This document shows positions 1 through 7,887 of a stretch of 37,039 nucleotides of DNA, in pieces. The notes beneath the pieces are model-generated. The model did not search any database and was not told the origin of the DNA. It saw only the letters and a program-made list of their open reading frames with translations. A program made the position numbers and the translations under genes. Within the stretch, counting starts at the first letter, position 1; each line of letters begins with the position of its first letter. This DNA is from Rhodospirillaceae bacterium (GTDB lineage Bacteria > Pseudomonadota > Alphaproteobacteria > CADEGL01), in contig JABIRQ010000113.1 of the NCBI GenBank assembly GCA_018699755.1, positions 1 to 37,039 on the forward strand, given 5' to 3'.

Positions 1-933
<933 letters not shown>

Positions 934-1281
934 GAGCTGAGAATTTCCTACGGAATTTAACAAACCAACACAGAACAGCTCGGCTATCTTCCCATATGTG
1001 GAGGCCTTAGAAAATTTGGGATGTGCCGTGCCGCAAACGCCCTATTGGATTGAGGTTGGACCATGTAGCTGATTTTGCCGAAAAGTTGAACCTTGCGCGC
1101 AAACAGCAGTTGAACAACCGAGTCCAAGATGTTCTGATTTAGCTGTCGGCGTTCGCAAGTTCTTGGAAATTTGATAAATACCGTTGATGGTTGAAAAGTT
1201 CACAGAATGGTAGTAGCCGTACAAAAGCATTAAGTTAGATAAATTCTTATGTGAAGTGAGAAAACATACACAAGATCACAC

Positions 1282-2535
1282 ATGGATAAAGAAACAAAAG
1301 GCGCTTGGATAATACATCACGGTCGGAAGATTGCGCTTCACATTGGCGCGGCATCAGACTATCCAGCCCTTGATGAATCCTCTAAAGCAGCCGAACTTTT
1401 GATGAGGTTAGGCCAGACTGATCAGTCAGTTCTGACGAAACCTCAAGCAGTAGCTGTGGCTAGAGCAGCAAATCTCAATCACCGTACCGAACTTCCCCAC
1501 TATTTGAATATATTGGAGAAACGAAAGCTAATTGATATTTCTGGCGAAAATATTGCAATTTTAGGTGTCACCACAAGAAGTGTCTTAGCTCACGCAAATG
1601 ATATTTTAGAAGATGGTGAGCCAAATGAATACGAGCAGGCTTCACTTGGTTTAGCAGAGTTAACATCCTCTGAGCTGCAAGAAAAGAAAAAATCTCTCGA
1701 ATATATTAGCGATACTTATCATATAAGCAACCCAGATGTTAAAGATTTTGTAAATCAATCTATTGAGCTTGGATTTGTAGATTTTGAAGGTGATGGGGAA
1801 GACGGTTTATTATTCAATGGAAACTTATTTAAACGAAAGACTATTGTAAAAACGGGGAAAGTTCTTTCGTCATTATCATCAGAAGAAGAGGAAAGGGTGG
1901 TTGAATTTTCCCAGACACTACAGAGGTTGGGGTGTGTCCATTCGCGAACTGCTGATCGTATCTTAGGAGAGACGTTGTTCGAAAAATTAAAAGCGGCTGG
2001 ATTTTTTGAAGTTAATATTGTGTCAAATGAACATGGAGAGCATGCATTTGTAAATTCTCCAGGGGCATTTCATAAGTTCGTAAATCCTTTTATTGATGAT
2101 AGTTTTGATATGGCAAAATCGTTAGTGGCCGCGCTCAAGTACGGGATGACTTTGCGTAATCCTGCACAGGGTCGGATAATTAGTGTCGATTGGATACTGG
2201 GTGCCTTGATCAAGGGGCGCACAATCGGACCTGCGACGGCGATTGGCAATGACTATAGAGTTCTAGAAAACAATAGAGTGGTGCAATTGTCTCATGCTGG
2301 CGGCGGTATGTTTTCGATGAGGTTGTTGAAGCGCGAGATTGGCGAGCTCGCACTTGAGGTCCTTACGACTGGCGATGCGAACGCAGAGGCGATCAATGCC
2401 CCGCCAGGTTCCCCGATGACTGGATATATCGGTCCAGAAGAGAGTCGAACATTGCTTCGTCGCCGACAAAAGCCGCAGAGTAAGCGCGCAACTCGCGATA
2501 TCCTGAGTTCGCTTAGGGGGGGAAGGTCGATCTAG
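1282..2535 (+). CDS. Hypothetical protein, 417 aa (islet gene A); possible multi-winged-helix DNA-binding or sensor protein
   Basis: Long ORF in low-GC DNA. Its TAG stop (2533-2535) overlaps the GTG start of gene B by 1 nt. I see no P-loop, HNH, TIR or SIR2 motif by eye. Recurrent helix + Gly-rich hairpin segments (LPHYLNILEKRKLIDISGENIAILG; FVNQSIELGFVDFEGDGEDGLLFNG; LFEKLKAAGFFEVNIVSNEHGEHAFV) hint at winged-helix modules. The C-terminal tail is basic (RRRQKPQSKRATR). The function call is inference only. Confidence 0.75.
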   Translation: MDKETKGAWIIHHGRKIALHIGAASDYPALDESSKAAELLMRLGQTDQSVLTKPQAVAVARAANLNHRTELPHYLNILEKRKLIDISGENIAILGVTTRSVLAHANDILEDGEPNEYEQASLGLAELTSSELQEKKKSLEYISDTYHISNPDVKDFVNQSIELGFVDFEGDGEDGLLFNGNLFKRKTIVKTGKVLSSLSSEEEERVVEFSQTLQRLGCVHSRTADRILGETLFEKLKAAGFFEVNIVSNEHGEHAFVNSPGAFHKFVNPFIDDSFDMAKSLVAALKYGMTLRNPAQGRIISVDWILGALIKGRTIGPATAIGNDYRVLENNRVVQLSHAGGGMFSMRLLKREIGELALEVLTTGDANAEAINAPPGSPMTGYIGPEESRTLLRRRQKPQSKRATRDILSSLRGGRSI

Positions 2536-3683
2536 TGGCCAAAAACGCTAAGGATACCAAAGGCCCAGCTCTCGAAGAGCTGCTTAGAGCATATTTTCTA
2601 AGGGGCGGGTTTTTCGCTGTGCGGGCAGTTCCTTTTCAGCATTTTGGCGAGGATTTAACCGACGTCGATATTTGGCTCTATGAAAGACCGACGGGTTCAT
2701 CCCGGCGGAGGCTGATTGTCGACGCAAAATCGAAGACCAAACCGAAGGCGATTGAGCGGCTCTTTTGGACAAAAGGGCTTGCTGAGCTGTTGGACGTAGA
2801 TGGCGCCTACATTGCCACAACCGATGCTAGGCCATTGTTGCGAGAATTCGGAAGAAAGCTCGGTCTCCTCGTTCTCGATGGCGCGGATTTGAAGCGGATT
2901 CAGAGAAGTGAAAAAATAATATTTCCAGAGAGATTATCGGAGGAGCAGTTTATTGATAAGATAAAATCTATTGATAAAATCAGAAGAAATAAAAATATAG
3001 AAGCTGTATTTCATGACATTAAAGCATCATTGTTAGATCAGTTCGGTCCGGCAACCGTCAATCGATCGCTAGAATATTTCTCTTTTTGTGCGGAGCAACT
3101 TACTCTGGTTCATCTAAATTCAAATTCAGCAGAAGTATTTGTTAGATTGAGCTATTTATCTGCGGCGATTGTTGCGCTATCGCTTGATTTTATTGGTTCG
3201 GAAATTTCCTTTCGAACAGCAGATGAGCGACGGTCTGCGTTTGAGAATGTAATCCGTTTTGGAAATTTGGATGAAGACTCTGGGTTGGCGCAGGTGCGAT
3301 TGGCGACGGCTCTAATAGAAAAATATGTTCCTAATGGAGAGGCGATTTCAAGTTCTGTAACAGTGGGCTTGAAAAAGGATTTATCTATTATACCTGCGGA
3401 TATTATTGGAGAATATATAGTAAATCATATGAAATTAGATGATTTGTTTAAAATGGCGAAAAAAATGGAATTTAGCAGTTACCTAAGAGAAATTCGATCA
3501 TTTGATGAGCTTGATATTGATGCTCGTTCATTCTTAGCAGTATTGCTAGATTTCTCTCGTGTTGATCGAATGAAATTCGCAAAGTCTTGGACTGGTGTTA
3601 GTGCTGAACGTGATTATGATAAAAGCAATCACACGGACCTAAATGATGGTCCATTATTTCAAGAAAAAAGAGAAAAAAAATGA
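2535..3683 (+). CDS. Predicted PD-(D/E)xK (Hjc/Mrr-like) nuclease with a C-terminal helical domain of unknown function, 382 aa (islet gene B)
   Basis: GTG start is preceded by the purine-rich run AGGGGGGGGAAGG (2514-2526). The N-terminus reads GPALEELLRAYFLRGGFFAVRAVPF...LTDVDIWLYERP...RRLIVDAKSK. This fits helix-E (E14/E15), D43-x-D45 (nt 2661-2669) and D63-A-K65 (nt 2721-2729), which is the order and spacing of Hjc/Mrr-type nuclease cores. Residues ~120-382 look all-helical and carry no motif I recognise. Confidence 0.72.
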   Translation: MAKNAKDTKGPALEELLRAYFLRGGFFAVRAVPFQHFGEDLTDVDIWLYERPTGSSRRRLIVDAKSKTKPKAIERLFWTKGLAELLDVDGAYIATTDARPLLREFGRKLGLLVLDGADLKRIQRSEKIIFPERLSEEQFIDKIKSIDKIRRNKNIEAVFHDIKASLLDQFGPATVNRSLEYFSFCAEQLTLVHLNSNSAEVFVRLSYLSAAIVALSLDFIGSEISFRTADERRSAFENVIRFGNLDEDSGLAQVRLATALIEKYVPNGEAISSSVTVGLKKDLSIIPADIIGEYIVNHMKLDDLFKMAKKMEFSSYLREIRSFDELDIDARSFLAVLLDFSRVDRMKFAKSWTGVSAERDYDKSNHTDLNDGPLFQEKREKK

Positions 3684-3799
3684 AATCGGAAATTATGTTT
3701 ATTTCGATTAAATTGATATTCTTGGTAACAACGACATATTGCCGACGCTGAGAGCTTTTTATTTGAGAACTTCTAGTTTTGTGTGAGGGGATACACTAC

Positions 3800-5074
3800 A
3801 TGACCACCGCCGACCACGCCGCTCTGCGGCAACAAATCCTCGACTGGATCGAAGCCGATCGCGAGGCGCTGATCGCGTTCTTCTCGGGCTTCGTCGCGGC
3901 GGCCTCGCCCAATCCGCCGGGGGATACCACGGTGGCGGTGAAGCATTTGACGGATTTCCTCGACGGCGAGGGGTTGCCCTACCGGATCGTCGATCCGGAG
4001 CCGACCATGGCGAATATCGTCGGCTCGTTCGACGGCGGGGCGGGGCCGGGGCGGCATCTGGTGCTGAACGGGCATATCGACTGCTTCCCGGTCGATCCGG
4101 ACGACGACCGCTGGACCCAGCCGCCCTGGAGCGGCGCCATCGCCGACGGCAAGGTCTGGGGCCGGGGCGCCGCCGATATGAAATGCGGCACCACGGCCGG
4201 GGTCATGACCTATCGCTATCTCCACCGCCTGAAGGACCATCTGAAGGGCAAGCTGACCCTGACCTGCGTCTCGGACGAGGAGACCTTCGGGCCCTGGGGC
4301 GCGCGCTGGCTGATCGAGAACGAGCCCGAGGTGCTGGGCGATGTCTGCCTGAACGGCGAGCCATCGAGCCCCTACACCATCCGCTTCGGCGAGAAGGGGC
4401 CGCTCTGGCTGCTCATCGAGGTCCGGACGCGCGGCGCGCACGGCGCCTATCCCCACCAGACCGACAGCGCCAGCAAGATCGCCGCCGTCCTCGTGGGCGA
4501 GCTGGAGAAGGTGACGGAGATCGAGGCCAACATGCCCGACAACGTCTTCCGCGCCCTGGGCCAGGCCCATGAGGCGATGGACAAGGCAATGGAGCCCGGC
4601 GCGGCGGAGATCGTGCCCAAGGTCACCCTGAACATCGGCATCGTCCAGGGCGGGCTGAAGGTCAACATGGTGCCCGATCATGTGCGGATGGAGGCCGATA
4701 TCCGCGTGCCCGTGGGCATCGAGAAGGAACAGGTGCTGGCCGTCGTCGACGAGATCATGGCCCGCTATCCCCAGGCCAGCTACGAGGAGATGAACTACAC
4801 CCCGCCGAGCTGGTGCGAGCCCTATCACGAGATGGTCGAGATCCTGCAGAAGAACGCCAAGGAGAGCGGCGGCTACGACCCCGTGCCGATCGTCGGCCTG
4901 GGCGGCACCGACGCGCGCCTGTGGCGGCACAAGAACATCCCGGCCTATGTCTACGGCCCGCCGCCCACGGGCATGGGCACGGCGAACGAGCATGTCGAGA
5001 TCGAGACCTTCCTGCACATCGTCCGCACCCATGCCCTGAGCGCGCTGGACTACATGGTCAAGGCGGCGGAGTAG
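3800..5074 (+). CDS. M20 family metallopeptidase (ArgE/DapE/ACY1/CPG2-like)
   Basis: Motifs LVLNGHIDCFPV, WGRGAADMKCG and SDEETFG are present. ATG 3800 lies 9 nt after GAGGGG and is preferred over the TTG at 3779 used in the ORF track. Confidence 0.9.
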   Translation: MTTADHAALRQQILDWIEADREALIAFFSGFVAAASPNPPGDTTVAVKHLTDFLDGEGLPYRIVDPEPTMANIVGSFDGGAGPGRHLVLNGHIDCFPVDPDDDRWTQPPWSGAIADGKVWGRGAADMKCGTTAGVMTYRYLHRLKDHLKGKLTLTCVSDEETFGPWGARWLIENEPEVLGDVCLNGEPSSPYTIRFGEKGPLWLLIEVRTRGAHGAYPHQTDSASKIAAVLVGELEKVTEIEANMPDNVFRALGQAHEAMDKAMEPGAAEIVPKVTLNIGIVQGGLKVNMVPDHVRMEADIRVPVGIEKEQVLAVVDEIMARYPQASYEEMNYTPPSWCEPYHEMVEILQKNAKESGGYDPVPIVGLGGTDARLWRHKNIPAYVYGPPPTGMGTANEHVEIETFLHIVRTHALSALDYMVKAAE

Positions 5075-5100
5075 GGGGGTGGGCACGGTTGCGGCTCCCC

Positions 5101-5490
5101 GGCGTCACCCTTCGAGACGCGGCCTTGCGGCCGCTCCTCAGGGTGAGGACGTGCGGGTCGGCGCGCATCTGCCCTTCGCATCCCGGCGTCACCCTTCGAG
5201 ACACGGCCTTGCGGCCGCTCCTCAGGGTGAGGATGTGCGGGTCGGCGCGCATGTGCCCTTCGCATCCCGGCGTCACCCTTCGAGACGCGGCCTTGCGGCC
5301 GCTCCTCAGGGTGAGGCTGTGCGGGTCGGCGCGCATCTGCCCTTCGCATCCCGGCGTCACCCTTCGAGACGCGGCCTCGCAGCCGCTCCTCAGGGTGAGG
5401 TTGTGCGGGTCGGCGCGCATCTGCCCTTCGCATCCTGGCGTCACCCTTCGAGACGCGGCCTCGCAGCCGCTCCTCAGGGTGAGGATGTGC
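5101..5490 (+). repeat. Tandem array: 84-bp unit x ~4.6 copies, ~95% identical; each unit contains a REP-like hairpin core
   Basis: Units begin with GGCGTCACCC at 5101, 5185, 5269, 5353 and 5437. The core is TCACCCTtcgagacGCGGCCttgcGGCCGCtcctcAGGGTGA, an imperfect hairpin. Confidence 0.95.
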
Positions 5491-5516
5491 TGATTTTCGA
5501 GTTCCTTCCTTCGTGT

Positions 5517-5558
5517 CCTCATCCTGAGGAGGCCGCGCAGCGGCCGTCTCGAAGGGTG
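5517..5558 (-). repeat. Inverted copy of the REP-like core, closing the array
   Basis: CCTCATCCTGAGGAGGCCGCGCAGCGGCCGTCTCGAAGGGTG is the reverse complement of the core CACCCTTCGAGACG...CTCCTCAGGATGAGG. Confidence 0.9.
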
Positions 5559-5590
5559 GGGGCACGTCGCACCGTGTTTGGAGCCGCTCC

Positions 5591-6388
5591 ATGACCATGC
5601 CGCGCGCCTATTGGGCGGAGATGACGACCGAGGAGGTCGCGGGGCTGGAAGGCGCCGGGCTGGTGGCGATCCTGCCCCTGGCGGCGATCGAGCAGCACGG
5701 GCCGCATCTGCCGCTCTCGACCGATGCCGATATCTGCGCCGGGATTCTCGCCGCCGCGATGGCGCGCCGGTCGCCGGGCCTGCCGGCGACGGCCCTGCCG
5801 CCGATCCTGGTGACCAAGAGCGACGAGCATGCCGGCTTTCCCGGCACCTTGAGCCTGACGGCGGAGACCCTGGTCGATGCGATCTGCCAGACGGCGGCGG
5901 GTCTGGCTCGGCTCGGGCTGCGCAAGCTGGTCCTGCTCAACGGCCATGGCGGCAACCGCGACATCATGGGCCTGGCTGCCGGGCGGCTGCGGGCCGAGCA
6001 CGGCATGCTGGTCGCCAAGGCCAACACGTCTGATCTCTACGACGCGGGTACCGCCGTGGGCGGGGAGGAGGCCAGGCTGGGCATCCATGGCGGCGCGGTC
6101 GAGACCGCCCTGATGCTGCATCTCAAGCCGGACCTGGTGCGCAAGGACAGGATCGCGCGGTTCGAGTCCCTGACCGCCGCGATGCGGGAAGAGGGCTACG
6201 AGAAGCTCTCGCCCCAGGGGCCGCACGGCTTCTACTGGCATGCCGGGGACCTGAACCCCGCCGGGGTCGTGGGCGACGCGACGAAAGCCACGGCGGCCCT
6301 GGGCAAGGCCCTGACCGGGCAGGCCGCCGACTCGCTGATCGCCCTGCTGGAAGAGGTCCACCGCTTCGATGTCTCGCGCCTGGTTTAA
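5591..6388 (+). CDS. Creatininase (creatinine amidohydrolase) family protein
   Basis: Family signatures AAIEQHGPHLPLSTD, SDEHAGFPGT, NGHGGN and IHGGAVETA are present. GGAG lies 7 nt upstream of the ATG. Confidence 0.88.
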   Translation: MTMPRAYWAEMTTEEVAGLEGAGLVAILPLAAIEQHGPHLPLSTDADICAGILAAAMARRSPGLPATALPPILVTKSDEHAGFPGTLSLTAETLVDAICQTAAGLARLGLRKLVLLNGHGGNRDIMGLAAGRLRAEHGMLVAKANTSDLYDAGTAVGGEEARLGIHGGAVETALMLHLKPDLVRKDRIARFESLTAAMREEGYEKLSPQGPHGFYWHAGDLNPAGVVGDATKATAALGKALTGQAADSLIALLEEVHRFDVSRLV

Positions 6389-6535
6389 GCGTAGACCTGA
6401 CCGCGCGCCCTTCGATCTCGCTCGCGAAACATTGAAGCCTGTTGAGCCCTATCGAACCCTGGGGAGCCGAGACAGGCGGGGCCGAGCATCGTATAAGGGC
6501 GGTCAGCCGTTTTCATGAATTCCGCCGGAGCCGCC

Positions 6536-6994
6536 ATGCGTTTCGCCGCCCTCGTTTCCGCCGCCCTGCTTCTTGCGCTGCCGCCCGCCGCGGGCGCGCT
6601 GGCCCAGGGGGTGGGCCTCCTGGACCAGTTCGCGGCGATCGACGCGAACGGCGACGGCGCGCTGGTTCCCGAGGAGACCCTCGCCTTCGAGCGCAAGGTC
6701 TTCGCCCAGTTGGACGAGGACGGCGACGGCGCCTTCAGCCGCGCCGAGTTCGTCGCCATCCTGGAGCGCCAGGCGGAAGCGGCGGGGGGCGACAAGGCCC
6801 AGGCGGACCAGCGCCGCGCGATCTGGACCCAGCGCTTCGACGGGGTGGATTTCGATCAGGACGGCATCGTCACGGCGGCCGAGTTCGATCAGGCCCACGC
6901 GTTCCGCTTCGCCTCCAAGGACACGGACGGCGACGGCCGCCTGTCCTTCGCCGAATTCGGCGCCGTCCCCGCCCTGCCCAAGCCGGGGGGATGA
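6536..6994 (+). CDS. Secreted EF-hand calcium-binding protein (4 EF-hand loops)
   Basis: Signal peptide MRFAALVSAALLLALPPAAGALAQG. Loops DANGDGALVPEE, DEDGDGAFSRAE, DFDQDGIVTAAE and DTDGDGRLSFAE. ATG 6536 has GGAG 5 nt upstream, so it is preferred over 6515. Confidence 0.85.
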   Translation: MRFAALVSAALLLALPPAAGALAQGVGLLDQFAAIDANGDGALVPEETLAFERKVFAQLDEDGDGAFSRAEFVAILERQAEAAGGDKAQADQRRAIWTQRFDGVDFDQDGIVTAAEFDQAHAFRFASKDTDGDGRLSFAEFGAVPALPKPGG

Positions 6995-7031
6995 GCCTGT
7001 CCCGCGCGGGCTGAAGACCGCATCGCGCCCG

Positions 7032-7092
7032 CCATCCTTCGAGACGCGCGCTTGCGCGCGCTCCTCAGGATGAAGGGGCCGTCTCGAAGGGT
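7032..7092. repeat. REP-like palindromic element between convergent genes
   Basis: CCATCCTTCGAGACGCGCGCTTGCGCGCGCTCCTCAGGATGAAGG is followed by GTCTCGAAGGGT, a partial inverted arm. It has the same core as the 5101-5558 and 23993-24104 copies. Confidence 0.85.
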
Positions 7093-7132
7093 CCGGTCGC
7101 GCTTTTCGGGGGACGACGAAAGCTAGGCCGCG

Positions 7133-7804
7133 CTACCCCACATGCTCGGCGAAGAAGGCCAGGGTGCGGTCCAGGGCCGTCGCGGCGCAGCTTTCGTCGT
7201 AATCGCCGCGCTGGTCGCAGTTGAAGCCGTGGCCGGCGTCGTAGACGTGGACGGTGGAATCGGGCCGGGCGGCCTTGACCGCCTCGACATCGGCCATGGG
7301 GATGCCGCCGTCCTTCTCGCCGAAATGCATCATGACCGGGCAGTGGGGTTTCTCGTCCTTGTGTTGGGCGATCTGGCCGCCGTAATAGCAGACCGTCGCC
7401 GCCGGGTTGAGGCGGGTGGCGGAGAGAAAGGCGACCGAGCCGCCCCAGCAATAGCCGACCGTGCCGGTCTTGCCCGCTTTTGCGGCTTCCTTCATCGCCG
7501 CCGCCACGTCCATCAGCGGGCCGTCCCAGCCGACGGCCGCCCGGTGGTCTCGGCCCTTCTCGATATCCGCCGGCGTGTAGCCCAGCTCGATGCCCGGCCG
7601 GTCGCGGTCGAACAGGGCGGGGGCAATGGCGAGGTAGCCGGCTTCCGCGAAGCGGTCCGCGACCCCGCGCATGTGGTCGTTGACCCCGAAGATCTCCTGG
7701 ATCACCACCAGTCCGCCCTTGGGCGTCCCCGAGGGCTCAGCCCGGTAGGCCGCGCAGGCGAACCCGTCCTCGGCCGTGAGCTTGATCGTCTCGCCCATCG
7801 TCAC
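7133..7804 (-). CDS. Dienelactone hydrolase family protein (carboxymethylenebutenolidase-like)
   Basis: GLVVIQEIFGVNDHMRGVADRFAEAGYLAIAPALFDR and the nucleophile-elbow-like GYCWGG are typical of the DLH family. Confidence 0.85.
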   Translation of the reverse strand: MTMGETIKLTAEDGFACAAYRAEPSGTPKGGLVVIQEIFGVNDHMRGVADRFAEAGYLAIAPALFDRDRPGIELGYTPADIEKGRDHRAAVGWDGPLMDVAAAMKEAAKAGKTGTVGYCWGGSVAFLSATRLNPAATVCYYGGQIAQHKDEKPHCPVMMHFGEKDGGIPMADVEAVKAARPDSTVHVYDAGHGFNCDQRGDYDESCAATALDRTLAFFAEHVG

Positions 7805-7887
7805 TCTCCCTCTCGCGCCGCTTCGCTCGGCAGCGATCCTAGAGGCGCGGGCAGGCGCGGCGCAACGCCGCCTCGGACCCGACCGCG

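Noticed and set aside
938-947. TGAGAATTTC (938-947) and TGAGAACTTC (3764-3773) as a target-site duplication or att pair flanking the islet
   Set aside because: This is only a 9/10 match of a 10-mer in AT-rich DNA, so chance is likely. The left copy lies outside the GC step, inside the putative recQ leader. No recombinase gene supports it.
1042-1230. 62-aa minus-strand ORF in the islet leader
   Set aside because: It has no SD and no recognisable motif, its composition is odd, and it occupies the region most likely to hold the gene A promoter. It is not supported as a gene, though a small regulator cannot be excluded.
1324-1500. Rx4H strings in gene A (R15-H20 RKIALH; R68-H73 RTELPH) as HEPN RNase motifs
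   Set aside because: The pattern is too short and common to be meaningful. It lacks the flanking helical context and the usual R[NHQD]xxxH polar residue. It is not used for annotation.
5101-5490. Regularly spaced repeats considered as a CRISPR array
   Set aside because: The whole 84-bp unit is repeated at ~95% identity, so there are no unique spacers. The period is longer than a typical repeat+spacer and no cas genes are nearby. It is a tandem duplication of a REP-like element.
4813-5598. Four ORFs (226, 182, 154 and 171 aa) running through the 84-bp array, considered as a repeat protein
   Set aside because: They are open only because the period is a multiple of 3. All four frames on both strands are open simultaneously. 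None has a credible start or SD, and one overlaps the 3' end of the M20 gene out of frame.
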